From assembly GCA_010093815.1 (NCBI GenBank), contig ML996576.1: DNA of 64,000 bases, one strand, 5' to 3'. The notes below the pieces were generated by a model. It was not told the DNA's origin, ran no database searches, and saw only the letters and a program-made list of their open reading frames with translations. A program made the position numbers and the translations under genes. The stretch is from Pseudovirgaria hyperparasitica (taxonomy: Eukaryota). This document shows, piece by piece, positions 25,956 through 39,748 of this stretch (position 1 is the first letter of the stretch; every line of letters begins with the position of its first letter).

Positions 25956-27693
25956 CCTGATTAGAGGTTTTTGGAAGTGTGGATTGTGGAATAAGTGAGG
26001 GATATAGTGTGTACGAGAGCAAATATAAGCAGTTGAGAGGAGGAAGCAGAGGAGGTAATGGAGGGAACAGGGGTTTTGCGAGCGGCAGCGATGACGGTTT
26101 TGAGTGGGCGGAGGACACAGCACAACAGCCGATGACGTAAATTGACAGTTGGGGCGGGTATCCGTGCTTCACACAACGGATTGGCCCTGGCTGCTGTTCA
26201 TGGATAGGCCAGCGCCAGCATTCTTGATGATTTATTATTGCATCTTCTTCTTAGCCACTTGGCCAGAGACCCTGCAAGCCTAACTTAGGCCTGGGCCTCA
26301 CCAACCAGTCCACAAAAAGAGGCTGGAGCGTGCCTGGTCAGCCAGTAAATTCACAGTCCATCGTTGCGCATCGTTGACTATCTCCAGACTGCGACAATGA
26401 TCGCCGCTCAACTCTGGGATTCGATCGCTTCGGCTGCTGCTGGCCAGGAAACGACGCGGGATCCCCAGCAATCAGTCACGTGGCGTTCTTGGAGATCGGA
26501 AAGACGCACGACACGCGTTGCTTGACGATGTCTGGGGCGTGGTCGTCTCCTCCTTGCTGCGGGATTCATGCAACTATGCATACATACCTCGTCTTACCGC
26601 ACATCTGGCCAGCTCGTCGTCTTGTCCTTGCCTTGCCAGCTCTGGTCGCATCGCCTTGGGCGTTTGACGCAACGATGCGGTGGTGTGCCATCATTGGCGC
26701 TTTCATGAGGTGCATGACCTCATCAAGCAAAACTTAGTGCACATCAACCATCTCTAGCCGCGCACTTGGACAGCTCAGGCGTTCCGTTGCACACGACAAC
26801 CGCAACGTTGTTGCATTCAATAAAATGCTGAAGCGCTTTCTTTGGCGGTTACAAAGCCGTACCAGGGCATTTTGCGAGAAGATATAAGACGTATCGGAAT
26901 TACTGAACCAATTTCTATAGCTTCTGGGCACGAGTAAATAATTTGTCCTTCGGCGTTGGCGAAACGCTCCTACGGGAAACGGCGTGTCCCATCAACATTA
27001 TCCGGACTAATAGTTCAAGTTCGCGTTGACGCGTCGTGTAACAGAATGCTGGAGACACTGCGACAACTACCCTACTCCAGTCCTCAGACTTCAATGGTCT
27101 GGTCTGGTTCTTCAATGCGACATATACCAGTTTACAGGCTTAAATCAAAAGTCGATCGAAAAGTACAAGGTGTACGAGTCATCCGCGAATCGTCTGATTA
27201 CCAGATCAACGCACCAGTGACCACTTGTACAGATACAATCATGCCTGCTCTCAATATATGATGAATATGACGTGAATGTTTATCCGAGTTAAAATCGTAA
27301 CAAACTCATATGGGAGAAGATGTTCCTTATTTCATCGCAGAAGCTGTGGAGAGAATATATGCTGTTGGTCCGGTGTCTCAATGGATTAGTCCACGTGTAT
27401 GTGCGAAATAGATCTTCTCACTTCTCACTTTTTCACCTTTTCCGCGAATTATGGCACATCTCGGGATCAAATTTGGTAAGCTGATGAACAAGCACACTGG
27501 TTGCGAGCATACGCGGATTATTACCCCACAAGGCATGATCCCGCCGGGCCACGGGACTGGCTTGGCACACCCCGACTGAACGGAACGTGCACAGGGCAGA
27601 TGCGCCTTAGATCTAAATGCTGTGAATTTCCTTACCTTTGCTAGGTGAACGTCTGGCCTTCGCAACCACCAGAGTCGCAATAACATTGTCACC

Positions 27694-29416
27694 ATGCCGA
27701 AAGCAAGAGATGTCGTCTACTACCTCTTTCACGTCCAAGAGCTACGGAATATCATACAATGGTAAGAAGCTGTTCCCCCGGCACCACTTTTTCCGGAGAT
27801 GCGCCGTCTCCTGAGTTGACTGACATTGCGCTCAGGAAAGTATGGCACAACCCAGTTCACGAACGCGACGAGTCGAAAGAGACACCGTCGTTGAAGAGAT
27901 GTTTCCACTACTTGGACATGACCAGCCGAAGTTTCAGTGCCGTCATCAAGGAGCTCAACCCCGAACTCCTCGTCCCTGTGTGCCTCTTCTACCTCATTCT
28001 ACGCGGTCTCGACACAATTGAGGATGACATGACGATACCACTTGCCGAGAAAGAGCCTCTACTACGGAAGTTTGACCAGATCCTCGAAAAAGATGGATGG
28101 ACCTTTACTGGCAATGGCCCGAACGAGAAGGATCGCGATCTACTGGTCGAGTTCAATGTCGTGGTCGAAGAATTTAAGAAGGTCAAGCCAGCCTATAAAG
28201 ACATTATCCGGGATATCACAAAGAAAATGGGTGATGGTATGGCAGACTATGCAAACAATGCCGAACATAATGTCAATGGCGTGAACACTGTCAAAGACTA
28301 CGAGCTGTACTGTCATTACGTTGCTGGGCTTGTCGGAGAAGGCTTGACCCGACTGTTCGTGGAGGGCAAACTTGCAAATCCTGCCCTACTGGAACGACCG
28401 GAGCTTATGGAGTCTATGGGCCAGTTCCTACAACAGGTAAACATAATTCGCGACATCCGGGAAGATCTGGACGACGGTCGGAGATTTTGGCCCAAGGAGA
28501 TCTGGTCTAAGCACGTCGACAAGTTTGAGGACCTCTTCAAGCCCGAAAATGAAGAAAAGGCACTAAATTGCAGCGCCGAGATGGTGCTGACTGCGCTCAG
28601 ACGCGCAGATGAGTGCTTATTCTACCTAGCAGGCCTACGTGACCAGAGCGTGTTCAATTTCTGCGCCATCCCACAAGCCATGGCCATCGCGACGCTCGAG
28701 CTGTGCTTCCGCAACAAGACCATGTTTCAGCGGAATATCAAGATCACCAAGGGTCAAGCCTGCCGGCTGATGCTCGACTCGACGCAGAATCTGCAGGTGC
28801 TGTGCGGCGTCTTCAAAGACTATGCTCGACGGATTCACAAGCAGAACAACCCGCGGGACCCCAATTTCTTGGAGATCAGCATCGCCTGCGGAAAGGTATA
28901 TATATATTCACAGACGACACAGAAGTCTACACGCACACAAGAAACGAGCTAACATCGCCCGCTAGATCGAGCAATTCATCGAATCGATTTTCCCCTCGCA
29001 AACTCCGACCGAGCGTGTCGTCCCGGCCGACCAACAAGCAATGACGCCCGAGCAAAAAGCAAAGGCTAAAAAGGAAGCTGAAGAAGCAAAGTGGGACATC
29101 ATCTACATGGGTCTTGCTGTCCTCCTGGTCTTGGGCACTATCTCGGGATTCATGGTAAGCCTCAATTCTCATAGACGCGTAGCACGTCCCTGGGACCCCT
29201 GGCTGTGCCTGAGGCTAGATCCAGCCAGCAGATCGACCCACACCAGTCCCCCTTTCCCCGTCCGCGTAATCCTCGGCCCACGCTAACACAACCCAACAAC
29301 AGATTTTCGTCGCCTGGATGGCCGGCGCACGCTTCGACATTGCCTTTTCCAGCCTCACGAACAAAATCAGCGCAACGCTGCCATCGCCATCAGCAGCTGG
29401 GCATAACGAGCTCTGA
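27694..29416 (+). CDS. ERG9: Squalene synthase (farnesyl-diphosphate farnesyltransferase), 4 exons
   Basis: [57 protein letters not shown] motifs; C-terminal TM; last exon 29303-29416 ends GHNEL*. Confidence 0.96.
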
Positions 29417-30188
29417 GTGCGTTTCTATGACCTGGGCTTTTGAGCGGATCCACCATTTCTTAATTAACCCCATTCTACTTTCGTGATTTGTAAGTCGTCG
29501 CAAATATACTTTGCGCTGCATATGCATCAGGCGGAATATCCCAAGGGTTATCATTATTATTATGTGTACTTATACTATACTTAATTTTCATTAAGCACGA
29601 TGTGGTTCTGCGGGTCCGCTTTTCCTTCGCGGCATCGTCTGACTTCCTACCGAAATTTCATGTCTTCATTCTGCCTTGGAGGAAGAGTATCTGCCTAGCA
29701 CGGATGTCAAATTGCAATTCAGCCTCTCCATGGCTGTGGTTGTGCCGAAGAAGTGCTGATAATGAGTTCACTTAACCCGGCGACGGGACTTTTTGCCATG
29801 GATACGAATGCCATCGCGCTGTTACCATGATGCACTAGTGCTGTGTACATCCTGATGCCAACATGGCGTCCTAGAAGTTTGTTCAAAGTACAACACGATT
29901 CTATTGTATGTCAAATTATAGCTGGCACACAAGCCATAGAGCATAATGCGGTAAAGCCTCACTTGATAACCCATGATATCTCGAAGCCGTATCGCAGTGC
30001 CACATAATAACGCCGTGCTAATGCCACCCCTGTGAGGTCTCCAACATCTCCGTGAGCCGCCTACCGCAGCGGCATTTTGAGTTACAGTGCATGCATGCCT
30101 TATCCCGGGCACGCCAAGAATCCTGATCCTTTTGTTTAAACTGACATATGGTGTTGAAGGGGGTGTTGTGGAGTGGAATAGGAGGTAT

Positions 30189-31071
30189 TTAGACGGCGAA
30201 CTTCGCCTTTGCGCGAGTGCTGCCGGAATGCGCGCTTTCAGTGTGACCAGCGAACTCGACGCCCTCGTTGTCTTTCAGGCCAAGAGCATCCTTGAACCGC
30301 TTGCCAATCTTCAAGAGAATCTCTTTGCCCTGGTCAAGCGAGCGACCTTTGCCTCCGGCATTGTTGCCATCGCCACCTCCAGGCACAGGCCTTCCTGTGG
30401 TGCGCGTCCACAGACCAATTCTGTAGAAGCCCTTGCGGACGTTGACGACCACACCCATGACCTCGCCGTCATCCTCATCTTCAAGAGTCTCCCCAATAGC
30501 AGCAAGCATGACATGGAGCCAGAGACCATCGATATTAACCATCTTCTTTTCCTTAAACTGGAAGGCCCATTTGCCGCCGTGTTTGTTCTGAGCATCCTCC
30601 CACTCGGGGCGTACGCCTTTCTTGAATAGGTGGTAGTCGGACTTGAGCGCTAGCTCAGAAGTAGGCGTGATGTTGTTCTATTGGTTCGGGTGAGCCTACA
30701 GCATAAACACACTGCATGGTTTACATACGTAGATGCCCCAGAATTCTTCAACTGAATCGAAGCTGATGACCTCCTTGAGCAGGTCGTTCCAGTTGTCACC
30801 CTATTCGGTGAGCATAGTGTCGGCTTTGTCAAGAGCTTGATCATACCTTGCCGCTAGGTGGCTTCGTGAACCACAGAGTCCACTGGTTCATCAGCGGGTG
30901 CTTGACGTTGAAGTTGTCTGGATCATGGAAAACAGTCTTGATGGCACCAGTATCGGCTGAAGTAGAGTCGCTACTGCCTGTACCATTTGGAGTGGTTCCA
31001 TCAGAAGGGGAAATGGGAATGGTGTCTAGAGGAACAGGCGATTGTGGGTTAGCGGTTGCGGTGTCAGCCAT
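30189..31071 (-). CDS. TIF45: Translation initiation factor eIF4E (multi-exon)
   Basis: KHPLMNQWTLWF, SVEEFWGIY, DYHLFKKGVRPEWEDAQNKHGGKW, LAAIGETLE, GVVVNVRKGFYRIGLWT. Confidence 0.95.
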
Positions 31072-31370
31072 GGCGAATGACTGGGAGCTGATGAAGAAGA
31101 GGTTTAAGGAACAGAAGGATTGTCGTGATGATACAGAGGCGGTTGTGTGTATTCGGGAGAGTTAAGAGTCAAGAGGCAATCTGGCGAAAGTGAAGTCGCA
31201 ACTCAATGCATGCGTCGAACGTCGCTACTACAGAATAAGTTTGAGGTTCTGCGGGAAATCTTGGCCCGCCGCACCTTCACCTTTTGGGCACTAGCGTCCT
31301 TGCTTCCCAAAAAGTGAGTGAGCTATGCCTGAGCATGCGCCTAGAGGAGCTGTTTGCAGAAGATGGAGCG

Positions 31371-34300
31371 ATGCTGAAGCCGACTCGGGTTCTGTATGCG
31401 TCGCCATGGAGTCATACTCTCAAGATACCCAAGTCGTCCTTTCAACCTCGCCAGACGAATTTCGATACCTATCTCAAACGATGTACCGATGATCTATATG
31501 CATGGCAGGCCGCAGAGCGTGCGACTGCCCCGTCATTCGTCCTTCACGATGGGCCCCCATATGCCAATGGGAAACTTCACATTGGTCACGCGCTAAATAA
31601 GATACTGAAAGATATATTATGTCGTTTTGAGCTAAGTCAGGGAAAGAGAGTGCATTACGTGCCTGGGTGGGACTGCCATGGGCTTCCCATAGAGATGAAG
31701 GCTTTGCAATTGCGGAAGGATGCTGAGACGAGGTCTGGAGAGAATTCCAGTGACATCGCATCTGAATGTCAGTCGCGCCTGCAACCTCTACAGGTCAGAC
31801 GTGCTGCGAGGAAATTAGCCACAAAGACAGTCAAGGAACAGAAGAAGGGATTCAAGGAATGGGCCATCATGGCTGATTGGGACAATTCATACATCACAAT
31901 GTCAAAAGACTTTGAAATGAGGCAATTGCAAGTCTTCCGAGATATGGTTAAGAAGGGCCTTGTATATCGGCAATACAAGCCTGTCCACTGGTCGCCATCA
32001 TCCAGAACGGCATTAGCTGAAGCAGAGCTTGAATATGACGACAACCGCAAATCTAGTGCTGCATATATCAAGTTTCCTGTCACCAAATTTCCCGTTCAGC
32101 TCGATTCAGCAGGAATTTTGGAAGGGAAACTCCTCAGTGCAGTGATCTGGACGACTACACCTTGGACTCTTCCCGCGAATCAAGCAATCGCCGTACATAT
32201 GGGACTGGAGTACGTTGTCGTATCTCATCCAGATGATGCGATCGGTCTTCTCATCATAGCACAATGTCGTGTAGAAGAAATTGAGAGGACCTTGGGCGTG
32301 ACCTTGAAACATGTCCTCGGGCCCTTCAATGGTCGCGACATAGCCGGCAAGGCTTTCTATCAGAATCCCCTACAAGGCAGTCAGGCTGAAGATCAGTTGA
32401 TCATGAGTGCTGATTTCGTGAGTGGGACTTCGGGTACCGGTCTCGTACATCTAGCCCCTGGACATGGCATGGACGACTACAATGTATGCATTGCATTGGG
32501 AATTGCTCCCCTATCACCCGTCGATGATCATGGAAAGTATACCGCTGACGCTTTCCCTGATCAGCCAGAGCTGTTCCAGGGCCTGTCTGTCCAAACCCAA
32601 GGGACTGAAGCGATTCTGCGTCACCTCAAGACCGTCGAGTTTGGATCACACACTGGCTTCGTTTTGAACACACATGAGTATGAACATAAATATCCAATCG
32701 ACTGGAGGACTAAACAACCGATCATCGTACGTGCAACCGAACAGTGGTTTGCCAATGTCGACAACATTAAGTCTGACACTCTTCGAGCAATGAAAGACGT
32801 GCAATTCATTCCGCCCGCCGGGTCGAAGAGGCTGGAAAGTTTCATACGAAGCCGTAGCCAATGGTGCGTATCTCGACAAAGGTCATGGGGTGTTCCGATC
32901 CCAGCTTTATTCAGAACAGATGTTACTCCCCATCAAGCCATCATGAATGAACACACGATCTCTCACATCATGAATATCATCGATGAGCGTGGGGTAGATG
33001 CTTGGTGGGAGGACGGTGATGACGAAACATGCTGGATTCCTTCTAATCTGGAAGGGACGTATACTCGTGGTAAAGACACGATGGATGTGTGGTTCGACAG
33101 CGGCACAAGTTGGTCTATGCTACCCCAGCGTCCCGATAACACATTAGCGGATGTCTATCTCGAAGGAAGTGACCAGCATCGTGGATGGTTTCAATCTTCA
33201 ATACTCACGCACGTCGCAAGCCAACAAAATCAAGTGGCAACAGAGGATAGGCAGGTTCATGTACCAAGAGCTCCCTTCAAGAAGCTGATCACTCACGGCT
33301 TTACACTCGACCAGTACGGGAAAAAGATGAGCAAGTCAATAGGCAACGTCATTGATCCACATGATATCATCACTGGTGCGCTGATCCCCACCGTGCAAAA
33401 CAAGAAGAGCGGTAAGGGCAATTCGAGCGCATTAGGCCCAGATTCCCTCCGACTCTGGGTGGCCAGCAGTGACTACACCAAAGACGTCGTGATAGGTCCT
33501 CAGGTACTTCAGTCGATTAACAACGCGCTGTTGAAGTATCGTGTCACGTTTAAATGGCTTATTGGCGTGCTCTCGGGCGCTGAAGATGAGGTGTGGAACC
33601 GCACGGAAGAGTCTATACGAACACGCATCGATATTCTTGCTTTGGAGAAGCTTACGGCGGTGTCTAGAACTGTACATGACGAGTATACACAGTCGCGATT
33701 CAACGAGGCTGCTCGACACATCAACAATTATGTGGTCAAGGATCTTTCATCCTTCTATTTCGAAACACTGAAAGACAGATTATACACCGGCTCTCATGAA
33801 ACACGCGTCGAAGCTCAGTTGGCTCTGCGGGCTATATTCTTGGAGCTTTGTAGAATGCTCGGACCGATCACACCTGTGTTGATCGAGGAGGTCTGGGACT
33901 TTACACCTCAGAAGCTTCGTGACACCACTCCGCATCCTATACGATCAACTTGGGTCCCAAGAACTTCGAGCGTGCCCGCTCAGGATAGCTCCTTAAACTG
34001 TATCGCAGCTGATCTCGTCTCAGTGCTCAATGGTGCGGTCAAAACAGCTCAGGAGGAAGCTCGTATGTCAAAGAACATCGCGTCAGGTCTAGAGTGCGAC
34101 GCTTGGATCGTTCTGCCCAGTAAATGTGGCGAAGAGGCTGCCGAGCATGGCTTTGAAGAACTTTTGCGCAAGATATGGCCTCAGGACGTTGCAGAAGGAT
34201 TGGCTAACGCCCTTGTGTTATCGAAGGTTCATCTCCTGTTCGATGGACAAGTGGACGTTGATCACACGGCGTGGTCTTTCCAGAAGTGGTTCGACATACC

Positions 34301-34463
34301 AGAATCTATATCAAGCACACGCGGCACACCTTCGTTACGTGGCTGCGTTGTTATCACTCCGCCGTCGCAAAGCAAATGTCCTAGGTGCTGGCGTTATACA
34401 GCACCTATAGATAAGGAAGAAAGCCTTTGCCAGCGGTGCGAAGAGGTTGTACAAAATATGTAA
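31371..34463 (+). CDS. ISM1: Mitochondrial isoleucyl-tRNA synthetase
   Basis: [52 protein letters not shown] and C-terminal CPRCW...CQRC zinc finger (bacterial/mitochondrial type). Confidence 0.94.
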   Translation: MLKPTRVLYASPWSHTLKIPKSSFQPRQTNFDTYLKRCTDDLYAWQAAERATAPSFVLHDGPPYANGKLHIGHALNKILKDILCRFELSQGKRVHYVPGWDCHGLPIEMKALQLRKDAETRSGENSSDIASECQSRLQPLQVRRAARKLATKTVKEQKKGFKEWAIMADWDNSYITMSKDFEMRQLQVFRDMVKKGLVYRQYKPVHWSPSSRTALAEAELEYDDNRKSSAAYIKFPVTKFPVQLDSAGILEGKLLSAVIWTTTPWTLPANQAIAVHMGLEYVVVSHPDDAIGLLIIAQCRVEEIERTLGVTLKHVLGPFNGRDIAGKAFYQNPLQGSQAEDQLIMSADFVSGTSGTGLVHLAPGHGMDDYNVCIALGIAPLSPVDDHGKYTADAFPDQPELFQGLSVQTQGTEAILRHLKTVEFGSHTGFVLNTHEYEHKYPIDWRTKQPIIVRATEQWFANVDNIKSDTLRAMKDVQFIPPAGSKRLESFIRSRSQWCVSRQRSWGVPIPALFRTDVTPHQAIMNEHTISHIMNIIDERGVDAWWEDGDDETCWIPSNLEGTYTRGKDTMDVWFDSGTSWSMLPQRPDNTLADVYLEGSDQHRGWFQSSILTHVASQQNQVATEDRQVHVPRAPFKKLITHGFTLDQYGKKMSKSIGNVIDPHDIITGALIPTVQNKKSGKGNSSALGPDSLRLWVASSDYTKDVVIGPQVLQSINNALLKYRVTFKWLIGVLSGAEDEVWNRTEESIRTRIDILALEKLTAVSRTVHDEYTQSRFNEAARHINNYVVKDLSSFYFETLKDRLYTGSHETRVEAQLALRAIFLELCRMLGPITPVLIEEVWDFTPQKLRDTTPHPIRSTWVPRTSSVPAQDSSLNCIAADLVSVLNGAVKTAQEEARMSKNIASGLECDAWIVLPSKCGEEAAEHGFEELLRKIWPQDVAEGLANALVLSKVHLLFDGQVDVDHTAWSFQKWFDIPESISSTRGTPSLRGCVVITPPSQSKCPRCWRYTAPIDKEESLCQRCEEVVQNM

Positions 34464-34848
34464 GATTTTGACGATTATGTGTATATTAACAATGTAGAAT
34501 ACCATTCGAATTGAGCACATGAGGCTCAAAAGTCTTATAGATAACGATATGCCTGCATCAATCAAACAGTATGTCAATGGCAATATGTGAGATACTCATC
34601 GAATGTGCTTTCCTCTGGTTAATTCGATAGTACTTACTACCAATCAGCAGGTAATCAATTCATGAATGCACTTTCCATTGAAGCTTACCATGCGCCTACG
34701 TCGGTGGCTACCTCTCCGGTAGCATGACACAACAACATGAAATTCTTCAGATGAGATTGAGCGCTTTCACGTACATACATTGCGCTTGACCTCAGTCTAC
34801 AAATTGACACCCTGTTATAGTTGATCTTCTCAGATCCTCACAGTCATT

Positions 34849-36614
34849 ATGGCATCAGATACACAGGATGATATTTCCGATAATCAACCCACGGCAGATT
34901 CTCACCCGATCATATCACCTACCACGACCGAGAAAGCGACTTTCAGCGCACAGTGCAAGCCGCACAAAGACGCTATAAAAACAGTATTCATTATGGTCGC
35001 TATCTGTCTTGCATCGTTCCCAGCGGCTCTTGATGCCACCATGATTCCTACGGCTCTCCCTACCATCACGGAAACCTTCCAGGCCTCAGATTCCTCTTTC
35101 GCCTGGATCGGATCTTCCTTTTTGATCGGAGCTGCCGCAGCCATGCCGCTCTGGAGCAAGACCAGTGATATCTTCGGCCGCAAGCCTATGTTGATGGGTG
35201 CGAGCCTGGCTTTCATCGCTGGGAGCATCTTATGTGCGTTGTCTCGGACGATTGGCATACTCATTCTTGGTCGAGCAGTCCAGGGCATGGGTGGCGGTGG
35301 CCTAATGGTACTGCCTAACATTATCATCAGCGATCTATTCAGCATGCGACAACGAGGCTTGTTTTTGGCTATCGTTGGCATGGTCTGGTCATTCGCAACA
35401 GCGATAGGACCAATTATTGGTGGATCATTCACTCAATATGTCAATTGGAGATGGGTTTTTTTGGATCAATGGTCAGTTGCATGTTTGAACGTTTATGTTA
35501 GCTTTTCACTAACACAGACACAGTACCCATAGAGGGCCTCTCTCTTGTTCTCATTTTCTTCTTGCTTGACATTCCAAAGCCTGACGTGCCTGTCATTGAA
35601 GGACTGAAGACCATTGACTGGATTGGTGGAATCGCGCTTGTCGGAGCCACGATCATGTTACTATTTGGACTTCAGCTCGGAAGTTCAACACACCTATGGA
35701 AGTCCGCTTCTGTCGTCTGCCTCATAATCTTTGAAGCGTTGATCTTCATTTTCGCTTTCGTTTACGAATGGAAATTCGCCTCATGTCCAATTGTTCCAAT
35801 CCGCATCCTGAAGAATCTATCGAACCTTGCGACCCTGATTGTCTGTGTCACACACGGCGTGGTGTACATTTCAGTCGCCTATTTCATGCCATTGTATTTC
35901 CAGATAGTGCTTGGTTACGAGCCTTTTCTGTCTGGGCTCTGGGGTCTTATCTTGACGTTCACGCTTGCCATTTCTACCGTTGTACCTGGGTTCTACATCT
36001 TCTCAACTGGAAAGTTTCGAGTGCCAATTTGGATAGCTGCCATTTTCCTGACTTGTGGTCTCGGTCTGTTCATCGACTGGAGGGCCTATCGTAGCGATAC
36101 GCGAATGGTTTTCTTCCAGGTCATCGCTGCATGCGGTATAGGTCCATTGTTCCAGGGCCCTCTTGTTGCCTTGCAGGCTCATTTAAAACCTGTGGACATC
36201 GCTACTGGTACTTCTGCTTTTGTGTATCTCCGTATGCTCAGCGCTGGTATCAGTATCATTGTCGGTCAGGTCATTTTCCAGAACGACATGCACAAGAAGC
36301 TTCAAATGTTTCGGGATATGGGTTTAGAGGATACTCTTTCTGGGATTCTCTCTACCGGGTTCGCAGTTTCGGCGTCTTCAGCTGTCGAGAGATTATCCGA
36401 AGGTTCACAAAAGGCTGTGAAAGAGGCTATTACAGACAGTCTTTGTAGGATGTGGACCTTTTATACTATTGTCGCTTTCCTCGGTGCTGTGGTTAGCATA
36501 TTCATCGCTGCCAAGGCTCCGAGCGCCAGACGTGACAAGGTGTTGGCTGATGAGAATCATGGAATCCACACTGGTACCATTGCAGATGATCATGGGGGAG
36601 TAGATACGGCCTGA
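34849..36614 (+). pseudogene. DHA2-type (14-TM) MFS drug/toxin efflux pump with a +1 frameshift (pseudogene or sequencing error)
   Basis: AALDATMIPTALPTI, SDIFGRK, GRAVQGMGGGG, GPIIGG motifs; T7 run at 35456-35462 breaks WRWVFWIN|VP; one fewer T restores frame across intron 35472-35523. Confidence 0.75.
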
Positions 36615-36850
36615 TCGTCACTTTATCGCTATTTTACCGAGCCGTTCCTTACTGTAAATGCTATTTTGGCGATAGAATTGGTACTATGACAAGGCTGTAG
36701 TGCTAGAAAACTGCTCATGAGCTAAAGCGCGCATGATATTTCCTTTGTCCTTGATATAAGGATTTCGTAGCTTCGCTCGTCTGGCCAGCAGTCCGCAATA
36801 TATCATCTAAGAGTCCTCCCTCGTAGCCCTAGACGCAACAAGTTGGCCTT

Positions 36851-38254
36851 TTATAGGGGCTGTTCGGGATGTTGCTCGACGGCAATTCTCAGAGATACGA
36901 GACAGGCATCAACGATTTCGTCAAGTTTCGCACGGCTAAGCTGACCAGGATCAGGCCAATCGCCTTTCATCGAGAGGAAAGAGTCAAAGGTGAATTTGGA
37001 CGTCTCCTCGCGAATCCTCTTCTCATCCATATGTTTCCCTGAAGCTTTCAATTCGCATTGCCCGGTGAATTCCTTCTCCCACACATGCCGCGCGGCAATA
37101 CCTGGGAAGTACTTGACAAAGGCCTCCTCAATCGTAAGACTATAGTCTACTGGCACGCGTTCATCGTCCCGTACGATACCTTGGAGGCCATAAAATCGGT
37201 CCCTTGCGTCGGCACACTGGAACGCATTACCTGCCACTATCTGTAGAGCTTTGTGGAATGACCATTTGTCCCAGGGTGTACGCTGTGAGCGTCTATTCTC
37301 CATGTACATCGTGGCAAGAGTCTCAAGGTGACAGCCTGACCTCCCTAGCTTGAAGCCATACGGACGGAGGTCCTCGTCAAGCAGTTGGACAAGACTGACC
37401 ATATCACATAGCATCGGCCATTTGGCACAATGGTCACCCCATAGAACTGTGATAAGAGAACCGGTAGGTGCTAGGAATATCTCTTGGATTATCCACAGGC
37501 GACTCCAGTAGGGTCTTTCAGATATATGTGTGAGTGATGAGAGGAACAGTGTGAGGGCTTGGTCCTCTGGCTTGGCGTGGACCAAAACACATGATAACCC
37601 GCATTCGCCTCCCGGATCATCTTTTGAAACTGTATGATGGTCTGAGAAATTGCTGTTCCCGGATGTAATTTCTTGCGTGACTTCTTGGACAAAGAGTTGA
37701 TCGGGAGAATCTTGCACAGTCATTTTTCTTATCGACGCTATAACACTGCTCAATTCATCATACCGGACATTCAGCACTCTCATGAATGTACGACAGGTAT
37801 TCCATTCTGGATGACAGCCGTGCACTGGCTTAGTTTCACTTTTGATTTCACCGAGCCAGATCAAGATTTCGCTGGCCTGGGAGTATATGTGCTCCATCAT
37901 CTCCACCTGCTGACTTCGCTCCGAGACGTTGCCCTGATCAATACAAAGCTGATCGATCCACAGGTATCCATAGTCCCTGTTCTCTGCCATCTGGAGGAAA
38001 TGGTAAAGATTTTCTCGCACGGTGGTCTTTCGGCCGTTTATGAGGATCTCATGGATGGGGTCTGGTGGGCCCCATGTATAAGATAGAGCACGGTACTCAA
38101 GCTTCCAGAAAAGATCCTTTGGTTTGTTGAACGTAAAGGGCTTGAGGATACATTGTATAGGAAGCACAGCAATGTCGCACGGCCGTCTGGGAATGATTCG
38201 GAGCAGCCTGATGTGATGCACAGAAGCCAAAGGAGTATATTTATACCCACTCAT
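36851..38254 (-). CDS. HET-domain protein (HET-6-like)
   Basis: YKYTPL...IRLLRI, YRALSYTWG, VRENLYHFL, LWIDQLCIDQGNVSERSQQVEMMEHIYSQA, RPYWSRLWIIQEI, CADARDRFYGLQG, VPVDY. Confidence 0.9.
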   Translation of the reverse strand: MSGYKYTPLASVHHIRLLRIIPRRPCDIAVLPIQCILKPFTFNKPKDLFWKLEYRALSYTWGPPDPIHEILINGRKTTVRENLYHFLQMAENRDYGYLWIDQLCIDQGNVSERSQQVEMMEHIYSQASEILIWLGEIKSETKPVHGCHPEWNTCRTFMRVLNVRYDELSSVIASIRKMTVQDSPDQLFVQEVTQEITSGNSNFSDHHTVSKDDPGGECGLSCVLVHAKPEDQALTLFLSSLTHISERPYWSRLWIIQEIFLAPTGSLITVLWGDHCAKWPMLCDMVSLVQLLDEDLRPYGFKLGRSGCHLETLATMYMENRRSQRTPWDKWSFHKALQIVAGNAFQCADARDRFYGLQGIVRDDERVPVDYSLTIEEAFVKYFPGIAARHVWEKEFTGQCELKASGKHMDEKRIREETSKFTFDSFLSMKGDWPDPGQLSRAKLDEIVDACLVSLRIAVEQHPEQPL

Positions 38255-39748
38255 CTTTGCACCGAGCAAACACAGAAGACTGGATAAACACATCGAAGAC
38301 TGGCTATTGTCACAGAATAATTCAGATGATGTTGTATGAGTATGCTGCAATGGTATACAAAACGAGGGGCAAGGAAGGATCTCGGCTGTACCTGCCGATT
38401 GCGAACAAACCAATCCATGGATGAGTTCGACAGGTTCTACAAAACCGAAGAGTTTTCATAGGATCTTAGGAAATGCTTGCCGGATTCGGCCTCGATTCGC
38501 GATTCAGCGCGGATTATTGGCTGGACCTGTATAAACACACTACGACATGCTCTTTGTCATCAATGGCGTGTCAAAATATAATGCGACGACTTACTCTGGA
38601 CAATAGGAAATAATAAGGAGCCTGATCTCTCATACGATGACGACGAGTATCATGCTCGCGTAGGCAGTTTTACGCATATCTCCTCATGCTTCGCAATAGA
38701 CCTATCGTGTTCACGTCCGTAGGGTTGTCGTAGATGCTAGTACTCGGCCATCGACTGTAGCCTTTCTCATGAAGGCGTTCGCGGCTCATAAGTCTTTCGC
38801 GAAGGAGGTCACACTCTCTGCTGCTACTCTGTTGTCGATCGTGGTAGAGGCAATGAGGGATAGCCCTTGCTGAATCTCCATGTCGGGGGCAGCCTGCGGG
38901 CTCCTGGGTTTCTTACACTTATAATGCATGCCCTTTACTCAATTCACCTCCTGGTATTAAATTCATGCCTGCTATGTATTCTATCATGCGTGAAAACCAC
39001 TCATCTGAGTCTTCAGAGTGTCTGCCTGGTGGTGACATTCAGAGGAACTAGTGACTGTGACGAATGCGAGTCGAGCGCCATCGAAATTGGTCTCTACATC
39101 GTCGGTGGGAGCCGTCTCGAAGGACATCGATGTATAGTAGCTTTCATAGTACTACAAATAGACTCATCTCCTAACAGCCAGGATGATCAGGCGCCCAGCT
39201 TCGGCATTCTTCAATTATAGTGAGACTAAGTCGGTAGAGTACACTTCCGGTATGCTATAGGTTTTAAGTATGAGCTGTACATAGCCAGGACCATAATGTC
39301 AATCTATCACCTATCTTCGGATGTAGTAGAGAGCGACAAGGTGAAAATTCTCGCGATCCCGAGAAGGTATGCCAGGCCAGTGGAAAAGGCTTAGATCTGG
39401 CTAGGTGGAGACTTTATGTTGAATCGGACAGCCGAGCTCTTCAAGACTGCAAGGTCAGCTTTTTTTGATTTGGCGAAAATCCTAACACCTAGCCACCCTG
39501 AAGTGACGGAGATCTGCACGATATGAAAACCAAAACAAACCAAACTTATCCTTGTGGGTGGAACTTGGCATTAATTAAGGGGGGAAAATCATCTAAGATG
39601 AAGCGTCGCGTCGGTCGACGTCATGCGCCTCAGCCACGCGGTGGCGCCGGGCAACAGCAGCGTCGTTAGGCTCGAACGCAAATAATTCCTTCGCGTTCAA
39701 CCCCGCCGCCAACAACAACGTCTTCGCCATTTTTCAATCTATACCACC

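Noticed and set aside
38600..39220. Protein-like fragments upstream of the HET-6-like gene
   Set aside because: Interrupted by stops and no family identifiable.
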